A model generated the notes under the pieces. It had not been told where the DNA came from. It saw only the letters and a program-made list of their open reading frames with translations, and searched no databases. From contig CAVPSB010000032.1 in NCBI GenBank assembly GCA_963708025.1, positions 300,105 through 364,104 of the forward strand: a DNA stretch of 64,000 nt, written 5' to 3'. The position numbers and the translations under genes are program-made. This document shows positions 48,233-58,275 of the stretch, piece after piece. Source of the stretch: an uncultured Candidatus Rokubacteria bacterium. GTDB lineage: Bacteria; Methylomirabilota; Methylomirabilia; Rokubacteriales; DASRDR01. Position 1 is the stretch's first letter. The number at the start of each line of letters is the position of its first letter.

Positions 48233-48832
48233 TCACTTCTGATGCGCTAACATCGGGCCGGGCACCGGGGTCAGCTTGCCGGTCTCGCCCGGCCGGATCC
48301 AGCGGACCACGAGGGTCGCGGTGTAGCGCTTCTGAAAGTACATGATCCGGAGCGGATACCAGCCGGGCTGATCGATCGTCACCTCGACGCGCTCCGACGT
48401 CGTGTCGGGGTGGACGCCGGGGTCCTCGTGCAGGAGCTTGCCGCCGATCTCCACCCGCACCCCGTCGTTGGAGGTGACGTCGAAGCCGTAGGTCCCCGCC
48501 GTCTCGAAGCGGATGAAGCCCGTGATGATGGCGCCCACGCCTTCCCGGGCCTTGCTGGTCAGCACGATGCCGCTCCCCATCCGCCAGTCGAGGTGGGTGA
48601 TCGGGGGCCCGCTCTCGAACTTGCGGCCGTTCATCTCGCCGAGGTAATTCATGATGGCATAGGTGTACTCGACGGCGAGGCCGGGTGCGAGTTGGTCACC
48701 GATCGGCTGGGGCTCAGCCGGCCGAACACCGGTGATCGTCGGGGTCGCGATGGCGGGCCCGAGGGGCTGAGTCGTGGCACAGCCACTGAAGGTGGCCATG
48801 CAGAGGGCGACGGTGAGGGCGCGCAACTTCAT
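48233..48832 (-). CDS. PA14-domain lipoprotein
   Basis: Lipobox FSGC; TGFIRF..AGTY.F.VTSNDGVRV.IGG and PGWYPLRI.YFQ PA14 motifs. Confidence 0.8.
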   Translation of the reverse strand: MKLRALTVALCMATFSGCATTQPLGPAIATPTITGVRPAEPQPIGDQLAPGLAVEYTYAIMNYLGEMNGRKFESGPPITHLDWRMGSGIVLTSKAREGVGAIITGFIRFETAGTYGFDVTSNDGVRVEIGGKLLHEDPGVHPDTTSERVEVTIDQPGWYPLRIMYFQKRYTATLVVRWIRPGETGKLTPVPGPMLAHQK

Positions 48833-49424
48833 CGGGTCGCCTCCTCGAGGCTCACTGGCCTTACGCGAGTACGCCGCGATCCAGCTCGGACAGGAGGGAC
48901 GGCAAGTATGCTATCCGGCAACTCGCTGCGTCGTCAAGAGCCCAGACCTTCGTCAGAGCCCAGACCTTCGTCTTGGCGGCCGATCACGGCCAGTCTGTCC
49001 TTAACCCGGCCTGAATCGCTCATTCGCTGATGCCGATGGTGGCGCCTGGACGGTGGCGCAACAGGCAGCGTGGGAGGCGCTCAGAAGGCGGCGGCAGGCG
49101 GGACTCTACATCGGCCGAGAACCTGGCGCACGCTCTGGCAAGATCTCCAGCGTGGCCATCCTCTACAACCCAGGAACTGTTGCAGCGATTGCGGGACGCA
49201 GGCGGGCGTTACCCCATGTCGGCCATCCAGCAACTGAGTCCGATAGAAGCTGAGAATACGCTTCTTGGCCCGCTGTTCGACGTGTCGGACCGCGCGGATG
49301 AAGCGCGGTCCGTCAAGCAGCGGCAGATCTGGCGGTCGGGACCGGCGGAGCCTCCGGAATGGGGGAAGTCGCCTCGGACTGGGACGTTGAGGCGGCGATG
49401 ATCCTCGGGGAGGACACCGGACGA

Positions 49425-49901
49425 TCAGGGTGCCTCCGGACGGGCTCGGCGTCGGAACCTCGATTGTGCGACCCGCTTGCCGGCACAGGCAGGGCAGAGC
49501 CCACGGAATATGATTTCGACACCGCTGACCACAAAGCCGTGGCGTTCTCCGGACGGAAGACTGAGGCGCGACTCACCCTCAGGGTGAACGTCGCGGGTCG
49601 CGCCGCAGCCCTGGCACACGAGGTGGTGGTGGGGATCGGCGGTATTGGGATCGTAACGCTTGGCCCCCCCGTCGGGCGCGAGCTCGAGAACCTCTCCCAG
49701 CTCGACGAGCTCGTTGAGCGTGTTGTAGACAGTGGCCCGGCTGATCTCCGGAAGCCGGGCCCTCGCCCGGGCATGGACCTCGTCGGCCGTGATGTGCACG
49801 TGCTCGCCGGCCAGCACCTCGGCAATCACCCGGCGCTGCGCCGTCATGCGCCACCGCCGCTGTCGCAGGCGCCCCAGCAGCTCCTTCCCCTTCGCCGGCA
49901 A
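49425..49901 (-). CDS. Fur-family transcriptional regulator, PerR/FurA-like
   Basis: AGGAGG RBS before TTG; MTAQRR, ISRATVYNTL, HHHLVCQGCG, CPAC. Confidence 0.9.
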   Translation of the reverse strand: MPAKGKELLGRLRQRRWRMTAQRRVIAEVLAGEHVHITADEVHARARARLPEISRATVYNTLNELVELGEVLELAPDGGAKRYDPNTADPHHHLVCQGCGATRDVHPEGESRLSLPSGERHGFVVSGVEIIFRGLCPACAGKRVAQSRFRRRARPEAP

Positions 49902-49974
49902 CGTCCCTCCTGGATTCGTCCGGATCGCTTCCCGGGTGCTAGCCGCCACCAGCCATCCAGTATCCCATAGGACG

Positions 49975-50023
49975 CGGTCCGATAGGTCTCGGTCCGATAG
50001 GTCTCGATCTAGATGAAGTCTAG
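49975..50023. promoter_or_regulatory. Candidate Per/Fur operator (CTAGA-N5-TCTAG, 50009-50023) preceded by a 15-bp tandem repeat
   Basis: Palindrome in the AT-rich divergent fur/peroxidase spacer; GGTCCGATAGGTCTC x2. Confidence 0.45.
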
Positions 50024-50203
50024 TATGATATTATGTCGTTAATTATCCGGCTCCCAGCGTCAAGGAGGGAACAATCGCGTCGAGAGCAGCCCGATCGCCG
50101 ACGACTAACGTGGAGACGGTCGGCGCCACCGGAGATCGACTCGCCTGCGTCACTCATCATGAGCTGAGCCGTGAGGATCTGCTCGCGTAAGGGAGGATGC
50201 CCC

Positions 50204-51601
50204 ATGAAGCTCCATAAGAGTCGGGGTGTGTGGTTGACGATGGCCATGGCCAGCGTGCTGCTGATCTTGGGTCCTGGCCTGGCCCAGGTCCGCGGACAGT
50301 CGAGCTATGCTCCCGTGGACATCAAGGAGACCTTCGCGTCGATCATGGCGCGCATGACCCGGGCGAAACCGGAGATCGAGAAGCGACAGGCCGACCTGCT
50401 GAACGAGCGCTACGACCTGGGCAACCGGCCCGCCCCGAGTGTCACGATGTCACGAGGGAAGCCGGTTCAGGAAGGCCCCCGCGCCACGCTGGCCCCCGGA
50501 GTGACCTGGGAAACCCTGGCGGCCATGAGTTCCGACGAGATCCGGGACAGGAACGTGTTCCCCAAGGGGTTCTATCCGCTGCCTCATCCCAACCATCCTG
50601 AGGGGGGCATGCTCTTTCCGCGGTTCGAGATCGAGGAGATCAAGAAGCAGGAGGGGCGCGACCTGACGCGCTTCGATCTCGACTACGATCTGCCCGATCA
50701 TTTCCTGCCCGAGTTTCCGGCCCCCATCTACCTGACCACCCGCCCCGACCTGGGCGACGTGTCCCGGGGCAAGCTGGTGACCATCGACAACTACTACGAG
50801 CTGTTCAACGGCCTCCTGAATCCCAAGCAACTGGAGGGGCTCCGGTTGCTGGTGACGCCTTTCCCCCAGCAGCAGTTCAACCAGACCGAGGATCGCCGTT
50901 CCGAGAGACCGAGCCGGGGGGTGGCTTGCCTCGATTGCCACGCCAACGGCCACACGAACGCCGCCACGCATCTGGTCGGCGACATCCGTCCCCAGGAGTT
51001 CCGGCACCGCCTCGATACGCCGTCGCTGCGGGGCGTGAACATCCAGCGTCTGTTCGGCTCGCAGCGGGCATTGAAGTCGGTCGAGGACTTCACCGAGTTC
51101 GAGCAGCGGGCGGCCTACTTCGACGGGGACCCGGTGATCGCCACCAAGAAGGGGGTCAACATCCTCGAGCGCGGCAGCCAGGTCCATGACATGGCCGAAT
51201 TCCAGGAGCTGCTGGACTTTCCGCCAGCGCCGAAGCTGGACCTCATGGGACGGCTCGACCCGAAGAAGGCCACGCCGGCCGAGCTCCGGGGACAGGCCCT
51301 CTTCTTCGGCAAGGGCAACTGCGCCGTCTGCCACGTGCCGCCCTACTACACCGACAATCTCATGCACAACCTCCGGACCGAGCGCTTCTACAAGCCGCTG
51401 CTGATCAACGGGCGCATGGCCAGCGCCGACGGCCCGATCAAGACGTTTCCCCTGCGCGGCATCAAGGACTCGCCCCCATACCTCCACGACGGGCGGTTGC
51501 TGACGTTGGAGGATACGGTGGAGTTCTTCAACCTGATCCTCGGCGTGCAACTGACGCCGCAGGAAAAGCAGGACCTGGTGGCATTCCTGCGCACCTTGTA
51601 G
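50204..51601 (+). CDS. Diheme cytochrome c of the bCcP/MauG superfamily (uncharacterised long type)
   Basis: Signal peptide; CLDCH, CAVCH, DTPSLRG, PPYLHDGRL.TLED.VEFF. Confidence 0.85.
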   Translation: MKLHKSRGVWLTMAMASVLLILGPGLAQVRGQSSYAPVDIKETFASIMARMTRAKPEIEKRQADLLNERYDLGNRPAPSVTMSRGKPVQEGPRATLAPGVTWETLAAMSSDEIRDRNVFPKGFYPLPHPNHPEGGMLFPRFEIEEIKKQEGRDLTRFDLDYDLPDHFLPEFPAPIYLTTRPDLGDVSRGKLVTIDNYYELFNGLLNPKQLEGLRLLVTPFPQQQFNQTEDRRSERPSRGVACLDCHANGHTNAATHLVGDIRPQEFRHRLDTPSLRGVNIQRLFGSQRALKSVEDFTEFEQRAAYFDGDPVIATKKGVNILERGSQVHDMAEFQELLDFPPAPKLDLMGRLDPKKATPAELRGQALFFGKGNCAVCHVPPYYTDNLMHNLRTERFYKPLLINGRMASADGPIKTFPLRGIKDSPPYLHDGRLLTLEDTVEFFNLILGVQLTPQEKQDLVAFLRTL

Positions 51602-51797
51602 ATGATCGCCGGCGACGGAGCGCGTTCCTAAACGGTCTACGCCTTCTGAGTGGAACTCATCACGTGTCGCAATTGCAGGATTGTGAATGAAGCACACCCG
51701 CACTCCCAGCTAGACTAGCTCGGGACAGAGAACCTGGCCGTACGGTAGTTGGATGGATAGGATTGCAAGGCCTGACCCCATGGGAGGTCACACGTCG

Positions 51798-52205
51798 ATG
51801 CCGAGCCGCCGGTCGCTGCTCTTCCCGCCCGTGCTCCTCGCCGTCCTCACGGGCTGCGCCGTGTCCCAGCCGCCCCTCCGGCCCGCCGATCTGCCCGAGC
51901 ACGCCGTCGAGTCGCCCATCGTTCTGCACTGGCGAATCGACGGCGGACCGGATCGCGTGACGGCGGTCGGTCTGGTGGAGATCCCCCAGAACCCCGAACG
52001 GGTGGAGTGGGTGATGGTGGAGCTGCAGGCCATCGATGGCCAGGGCCGCGTCGTCAGCTGGGCTCGCGACCTGGTCCTCCCGCGGTCGTTCACGGGCGCC
52101 GAGCCCTGGCCCTTCCGGGTGAGCCTCCGCCCGACCGGCACCGAGCAGCGGTTCGCGGTCCGGGTGGCCGAGGTCGCCTGGCGCCGCCAGATGATGGGCC
52201 AATAG
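51798..52205 (+). CDS. Hypothetical lipoprotein
   Basis: GGAGG RBS; lipobox LTGC. Confidence 0.6.
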   Translation: MPSRRSLLFPPVLLAVLTGCAVSQPPLRPADLPEHAVESPIVLHWRIDGGPDRVTAVGLVEIPQNPERVEWVMVELQAIDGQGRVVSWARDLVLPRSFTGAEPWPFRVSLRPTGTEQRFAVRVAEVAWRRQMMGQ

Positions 52206-52258
52206 ACGTCGAGGTCGCCGAGGCCCGTCATGGCGCCGAAGGCCGGCGCCTGTGCCTT

Positions 52259-52414
52259 CTACTCGACCGCGAGGCCGGGCACCAGTTGCTCGGCAGTGGG
52301 CTGGGGTTCGGACGGCTTGAGGCCGGTGAGGGTGTCGGCGCGGGCGGCCGGGCCGAGCGCGACGCTCACGGCAATGACCATTGTCACGATCGCGTGGAAG
52401 CGCGTTGGGGTCAT
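52259..52414 (-). pseudogene. Truncated paralog of the PA14 protein
   Basis: LTGLKPSEPQPTAEQLVPGLAVE* aligns with ITGVRPAEPQPIGDQLAPGLAVEY of 48233..48832. Confidence 0.7.
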
Positions 52415-52470
52415 GGCTCGATCCCCTTTCTTCGCCATAGGCGATCCCGCGCAAGGGGGCAATCGCCGCG

Positions 52471-53274
52471 TCAGTGAGACATACCCCTGGCAATCAGCAG
52501 CAGGAGGAGAAGCCCCAGGATCAGCCGGTAGATCACGAACGGCGTGAGGGTCCGCCGCTGCAAGAAGCGGATGAGAAACCAGACCGCGGCGAGCCCGGCG
52601 ACGAATGACGCGAGGAATCCGAGCCCGAGCGCAGTCGCCTCGCCCGTCGTGAGGCCATGCCGCACGAGCGTCGCCGTCTTCAAGAGACCGGCGCCCGCCG
52701 TGATCGGCAGCCCCAGCAGGAAGGCGAACCGGGCGGCGGTCTGGCGGTCGAGACCGGTGAAGAGGCCGGCCGACAGGGTGATGCCGGAGCGGGAGGTCCC
52801 GGGAACCAGTGCGAGGGCCTGCGCCGCGCCGATGAGGAGGCCCCGCTGCAGGCCCACCTCGTCGAGCCCCTTCACGTCGGCCCGCGCCTGACGGTCGGCC
52901 CACCACAACACCACCGCCCAGCCCATCGTCGACAGCGCGACGACGAGCGCACTGCGCAGCCGACCCTCGATCGCGCGCTCCAGCAGGAGACCCGCCACCA
53001 TCGCCGGGACGGTTCCCACCACGAGGGCCATCGCGAGGCGGCGGTCCCCGCGCCGCCCCGAGGCGATGCCCGTCGCGAGGCGCGCCAGCTCCGGCGCGAA
53101 ATAGAGCAGCAGCGCCGCCGCCGTCCCCAGGTGGATGGCGGCGTCGAAGGCGAGCCCCTGATCCGGCCAGCCCAACACAATCGGCACGAGGAGCAGGTGG
53201 CCCGACGACGAGATCGGCAAGAATTCCGTCACGCCTTGGACGACCCCGAGCGTCAGCGCCTGGACCGGCGTCAT
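52471..53274 (-). CDS. uppP: Undecaprenyl-diphosphate phosphatase (BacA)
   Basis: QGVTEFLPISSSGH, PGTSRSG. Confidence 0.95.
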   Translation of the reverse strand: MTPVQALTLGVVQGVTEFLPISSSGHLLLVPIVLGWPDQGLAFDAAIHLGTAAALLLYFAPELARLATGIASGRRGDRRLAMALVVGTVPAMVAGLLLERAIEGRLRSALVVALSTMGWAVVLWWADRQARADVKGLDEVGLQRGLLIGAAQALALVPGTSRSGITLSAGLFTGLDRQTAARFAFLLGLPITAGAGLLKTATLVRHGLTTGEATALGLGFLASFVAGLAAVWFLIRFLQRRTLTPFVIYRLILGLLLLLLIARGMSH

Positions 53275-53279
53275 GCCCT

Positions 53280-54636
53280 CTACAGGTGCAGGATCATCTT
53301 GGCGATCGAGAAGTAGATCACCAGTCCCGTCGCATCGACCAGGGTCGTGATCAGCGGGGCGGACAGGACCGCCGGGTCGATGCCGAACCGGTGCGCGGCA
53401 ATGGGAATCAGCGAGCCGATCGTCGTCGACCACGTACAGATCGCGAGGACCGTGAGCGAGACCGTCAAGGCCAGCGGCATGCTCGTCCCCCACAGCAGCG
53501 CCCGTCCGAAGGCCACCATGGCGATCAGGACGCCGATCATGACCCCGGTGCTCATCTCGCGCGCGAACACGCGCCAGGCATCTCTCAGCCGGATCTCGCC
53601 GAGCGCGATGCTCCGGATGATGGTCGTCACCGTCTGCGCCCCGGCGTTCCCGCCGGTCCCGATCAGCAGCGGGATGAAGAAGGACAGCGCGACCACGGTC
53701 GCCAGCTCGCTCTCGTAGTAGCGGAGCACGGTCCCGGTGAACGTCTCGGCCACGAACAGCAACAGGAGCCAGCCGATCCGCTTGCGCACCACCCGAACGA
53801 CGGGATTCTCGAAATACGGTCGATCCAGGGCGCCGGGCTCCACGGCCGCCATCCGCATGATGTCTTCGGTTTGCTCCTCGATCAGCACGTCGATCACGTC
53901 GTCAACGGTCACGAAGCCGACGACCCGCCCGTCCTGCTCGAGCACCGGGACCGCGAGCAGGTCGTACTTCGCGATCTTGTGGGCGACCGACTCCCGGTCC
54001 TCGTGCGCCGCTGCCGTGATCGGCTTCCGGCGCATCACCTCGGTCACCGGGCTCTGCAGCTCGGCCATCACGAGATCCCGCAGGGAGAGCGCGCCGAGCA
54101 GGCGACCCGTCTCCGGCTCGAGCACATAGCAGGCGTAGATCGACTCCTTCTCGCGGGGCGACCGACCGGATGTGCTTCAGCGCCTCCCCGACCGTCATCG
54201 TGGGGGCCAGGCGCACGAACTCCGTGGTCATGATGCCGCCGGCCGCGTGCGGGGGGTACTGCAGCAGGTGCTCGACCTCCGCGCGCACCGCGGGCGAGAG
54301 CTTCGGCAGCAGCCGGCGACGCTCATGCTGGCCCATCTGCTGCACGATGTCGGTCCGCTCGTCGGCCGACAGCCCTTCGAGGATCTGCGCGGCGCGCTCG
54401 GGCTCGAGGTGCTCAAGGATCGCCCGCGCCGGCGCAAGGTGGGCTGGTCGACAGACCTCGACCGCGCGCGCCAGGGGGAGCATCGTCATCACGGTCGCGG
54501 CCTCGACGACGGTCAGCTGGTTGACGAGATCCGCCAGGTCGGGGGCCGGCAGGTCCGCGACCTGTTCGCCGATCCCGACGAAGCTCTCGTCGAGCCGCAG
54601 CCGGATGCGCTCCAGAAGATCTTTGGGCGCGGGCAT
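53280..54636 (-). CDS. mgtE: Magnesium transporter MgtE, frameshift near 54160 (extra C in a CCCC run)
   Basis: MgtE_N and AGGIMTTEF in one frame; CBS + TM ([24 protein letters not shown]) in another. Confidence 0.9.
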
Positions 54637-54647
54637 CGTGACCTCCG

Positions 54648-57137
54648 CTAGGCGAGCCTGGAGGACGTGCGGACCTCCCACCGCTGCTTCAGCTCGGCCA
54701 TCACCGCGATGAACCGGCCGTCGGCCCGCAAGGCGTCGAGCTTCCGGCTGTCGGCGAACAGCGGATAGTTCTCGTTGCCGAGTCGGACCGCGTGCTGCAC
54801 CCACTCGATCGCCGGGTCAACCAGGCCCTCCAGCGCATAGAACCCGGCCAGCCAGAAGGCCGCGTCGTGGTCGGCCCGGGCCGTCTCCTTGACGCCGTCC
54901 GTGATCAGCGCGCGAGCCCGCTCGTGTTCCCCGCGGGCGCTCAGGCACCACCCCAGCACGGGCGTGACGCCTTCCAGGTGTGGATGCTGCCGCAGCACCT
55001 CCTCGACGAGCGGCTGCGCCTCGTGGACGCGACCCTGATTGAAGTACGCCACCGCCAGGAAGGTCTTGACCAGCGGGTGCTCGGGCTCCACCGCGCGGGC
55101 GCGCTCCAGCGCGGCGATGGCGCGCTCATACTGCCGCTGATGCGTGTAGACGCGCGCGCGGCTGTAGCTCGCGATGACGAGGTCGCTGGGATTCACCTCG
55201 AGCAGCCGGTCGTACTCGGCGAGCGCCTGCTCGTACAGGCCGTCGAGCCGGTACAGCATCGCGGCGTCGAAGATCACCGCCGGGTCGTTCGGCGCCTCCG
55301 CGCGCAGCTGCGCAATCGTCTCGTGCGCGCGATCCTTATCCCCGCGGTGCAGGTCCACGTGGACCATCTGGAGCCGGGCGTCCACGAGCGTGGGGTCCAG
55401 CTCGAGGGCGCGGCGCAGACTCCGCTCCGCCCGCTCGAAGAACTCCGCTCCGCCGTAGCCCTGGGCGTGGTGCACACAGCACCGTCCCAGGGCCGCGTGC
55501 GCGAGGGCGAACTCCGGATCGAGACGGACGGCGTCGCCGAACATCGTGATGGCCGCGTCGAGGTCGCCGTCGTCGAAGCTGTGGAGGATGTACCGGAACA
55601 GCCGGTCCCGCCCCCGCAGGTAGCCCTCGTAGGCCTCGGCGCTCCGCGTCAGCGGCCGGTCGATCTGCGCCTGCTCCTCGGCCGTGAGACTCAGCCGGAG
55701 GCCGGCGATGACCCGGGCGGCGATCGTGTCCTGGACGGTGATCACGTCGCGCGCCGGAATATCGATCTTGTCGCTCCACAGGATCTCGCCGCGCTCGGTC
55801 CCGATGAGCTGCGCGATGACGCGCAACCGCTCGGGGGTCCGGACAAAACTGCCCACCAGGATGGAGGCGACGGCCAGCTCGTCGCCGACCTGCCGGGGAT
55901 CGGGATTCTGCCCCGCGTACCGGACGATGTACGACGACGGGCGCACGACCAGCGCGCGCAGGTGGGCGAGCTCCGCGATGATCGCGTCCGCCAGCGAGAC
56001 CTCGTAGAACTGCGCCGCCGGATCGCCCGAGAGGTTCTTGAAGGGCAGCACGGCGATCGCCTTCTGCGTGTCGCGGCTCCAGGAGGGAGGCCGGGCGCCG
56101 GCCCCCGGGCGCGGCGCCGAGGCCCCCGGCTCGGAGGCCAGTGGCGGCGTGGTCGAGACGGGGCGCTCGCGCCGGTGGCCGAAGACCCGGCCGAGGCCGC
56201 CGCTCAGGAGCCACGCGCTGCGGGCGCGACGCGGCACGAGCCACGTGGCCGAGGCCTCCGTCGGGATGAGCCCAGTCTCGTGAGAGCACTGCCGCATCAG
56301 GGCCTTCAGCTCGTCTCGCATCGCCGCCATGGTCGGAAACCGCTCGCCGGGATGCTTGGCGAGCGCGCGCGCAATGATGGCGTCGAGCGGCGGCGGGGCG
56401 AGCGGATTGATCGCCGTGATCGGCGGCGGCATGTCGTGCACCACCGCCCGCAACACCTCGAGACGGCTCCGGCCCTGGAAGGGGCACCGCCCCGTGGCCA
56501 GCTCGTAGATGACGGCGCCCAGGCTGAAGACGTCGGTCCGGTGATCCACCCGGTCCCCCGAGACCTGCTCGGGGGAGCCGTACCCCAGGGATCCATACGG
56601 AACGCCGAGCTCCGTCACCGAATCGTCCCGGCGCCGCTCCGCTGCGGGCGAACGCTCGAGCATCTTCGCCAGGCCGAAATCCAGCACTTTCACCTGCCCG
56701 CTGCGGGTGACGATCACGTTGGTCGGCTTGACGTCGCGGTGCGCGATCCCGTGGGCGTGCGCGGCGGCGAGCGCCTCCGCGATCTGGATGGCGACCGACA
56801 GGCCGCTCAGCACCTCCAAGGGCCGGCCCGCGATCAGGTCCTTCAGGGTCGGCCCCTCGACGTACTGCATGACGATGTAGGGCAGCCCCTCGGCTTCGCC
56901 GACGTCGTAGATGACACAGATGTTGGGGTGGTCCAGCGCCGAGCAGAGGCGGGCCCCCCGCTCGAAGCGCCGGCGGGCGCCGTCCTCGGCGCCCAGGTCG
57001 GGCCGGAGGGCCTTGATGACCACCAGCCGATCGAGGCGAAGATCCTCGGCCTTGTACGCGGTCGCCTGGCCGCCCTGGCCGAGCGTCTGGACGATCCGGT
57101 AGTGCGCGAGGCGGGCGCCGGGTTGGAGCAGTGCCAT
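54648..57137 (-). CDS. Hanks-type Ser/Thr protein kinase with TolB-like and TPR C-terminus
   Basis: [38 protein letters not shown] and TPR repeats. Confidence 0.92.
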   Translation of the reverse strand: MALLQPGARLAHYRIVQTLGQGGQATAYKAEDLRLDRLVVIKALRPDLGAEDGARRRFERGARLCSALDHPNICVIYDVGEAEGLPYIVMQYVEGPTLKDLIAGRPLEVLSGLSVAIQIAEALAAAHAHGIAHRDVKPTNVIVTRSGQVKVLDFGLAKMLERSPAAERRRDDSVTELGVPYGSLGYGSPEQVSGDRVDHRTDVFSLGAVIYELATGRCPFQGRSRLEVLRAVVHDMPPPITAINPLAPPPLDAIIARALAKHPGERFPTMAAMRDELKALMRQCSHETGLIPTEASATWLVPRRARSAWLLSGGLGRVFGHRRERPVSTTPPLASEPGASAPRPGAGARPPSWSRDTQKAIAVLPFKNLSGDPAAQFYEVSLADAIIAELAHLRALVVRPSSYIVRYAGQNPDPRQVGDELAVASILVGSFVRTPERLRVIAQLIGTERGEILWSDKIDIPARDVITVQDTIAARVIAGLRLSLTAEEQAQIDRPLTRSAEAYEGYLRGRDRLFRYILHSFDDGDLDAAITMFGDAVRLDPEFALAHAALGRCCVHHAQGYGGAEFFERAERSLRRALELDPTLVDARLQMVHVDLHRGDKDRAHETIAQLRAEAPNDPAVIFDAAMLYRLDGLYEQALAEYDRLLEVNPSDLVIASYSRARVYTHQRQYERAIAALERARAVEPEHPLVKTFLAVAYFNQGRVHEAQPLVEEVLRQHPHLEGVTPVLGWCLSARGEHERARALITDGVKETARADHDAAFWLAGFYALEGLVDPAIEWVQHAVRLGNENYPLFADSRKLDALRADGRFIAVMAELKQRWEVRTSSRLA

Positions 57138-57513
57138 GGGTGTGGTCGGGTCAGGCCTCTCGATCCCCGATGACTCTACCCCACCCCGGCACCGGACGCC
57201 TAGCCGGAATGTCTCCAGCCCGCGTTCCATGCGCGCGGTCCGGCCACCCGGTCAGGTGCCTCGACCGCCTAGGGGCGTGGACGCCCGCGCCGGTCGGGCT
57301 CGACGGCGGAGATCGTGTGCGCCAACCGGCGCCCCTCGTGCTCGTTCGACTCGACGACGACGAAGTCGCCGACCACGACCTCGAACCGCGTCACCGATGG
57401 GCAGAAGACCGGCGACTCCGTCGATCCCCCTCGTGATGCGGAGGGGGCTGGCCAGGCTCGGATCCGGCGATGACGGCCCCGATGATGGCCCCGGTCCTCG
57501 GCGTCCACGGGGC

Positions 57514-57575
57514 AGTATCGGGCGCCGAGGTTAAGGAATCCTGAAGGCCCGGCGGCACCCGCGCCGTCGTAGAAT
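57514..57575. promoter_or_regulatory. Bidirectional promoter with direct-repeat box (TTAAG-GAATCC-TGAAG, 57531-57546)
   Basis: - strand GATACT 11 nt from the box; + strand cgtcgTAGAAT 23 nt from the box, upstream of the response regulator. Confidence 0.7.
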
Positions 57576-57597
57576 CAAGCTCGATGAGGGCCATCCC

Positions 57598-58275
57598 GTG
57601 CGGCTCCTCCTGATCGAAGACGACCGGAAGGCGGCCCGGCTGCTCGCCAAGGGACTCCGGGAGGAGGGCTGGGTCGTCAACGTCGCCCCGACGGGCGAGG
57701 CGGGCGACGAGCTGGTGACCGTCAACGACTATGACGTGATCGTCCTCGACTGGCTCATGCCAGACCGGGATGGGCTCTCCGTGTGTCGGGACGTCCGAGC
57801 CCGCGGGATCGCGACGCCCATCCTCATGCTGACCGCGCGAGACGCCGTCGAGGACCGCGTGACCGGGCTGAACAGCGGAGCGGACGATTACCTCACCAAG
57901 CCGTTCGCGTTCACCGAGCTGCTCGCCCGGATCCACGCCGTGCTCCGGCGGTCGGCCCTGACGCGGCCCGTCCTCCTTCAGGTCGCCGACCTGACGCTGG
58001 ACCCCGTGAGTCACGGGGTGACGCGAGGCGGGATCCCGCTGAGTCTCACGCCCAAGGAGTACGCGATGCTCGAGGTGCTGCTGCGCCACGCCGGGCAGGT
58101 CGTCACCCGCGCGCAGCTCGCCGAGCGGGTATGGGAGGCCGAGCCCGACGCGCTCACCAACCTGGTCGATGTCCACGTCAGCCACTTGCGCCGAAAGATC
58201 GATCAGGACCGAACCCCGCCGCTCCTCCACACCGTCCGCGGCTACGGCTATCGGCTGGGACTCGCCGACTCCTGA
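57598..58275 (+). CDS. OmpR/PhoB-family response regulator (CusR/CzcR-like)
   Basis: LLIEDD, LDWLMP, GADDYLTKPF, wHTH LRRKID...HTVRGYGY. Confidence 0.95.
   Translation: MRLLLIEDDRKAARLLAKGLREEGWVVNVAPTGEAGDELVTVNDYDVIVLDWLMPDRDGLSVCRDVRARGIATPILMLTARDAVEDRVTGLNSGADDYLTKPFAFTELLARIHAVLRRSALTRPVLLQVADLTLDPVSHGVTRGGIPLSLTPKEYAMLEVLLRHAGQVVTRAQLAERVWEAEPDALTNLVDVHVSHLRRKIDQDRTPPLLHTVRGYGYRLGLADS

Noticed and set aside
48931-48972. 18-bp tandem repeat AGAGCCCAGACCTTCGTC x2 upstream of the PA14 gene
   Set aside because: Only two copies and no other occurrence seen; likely a slippage duplication
49030-49401. 123-aa ORF between the PA14 and fur genes
   Set aside because: No recognisable motif and atypical codon usage; cannot be supported as a gene
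52259-52261. TAG read-through (pyrrolysine) in the PA14 paralog
   Set aside because: Homology does not resume after the stop and the convergent gene begins about 50 bp later
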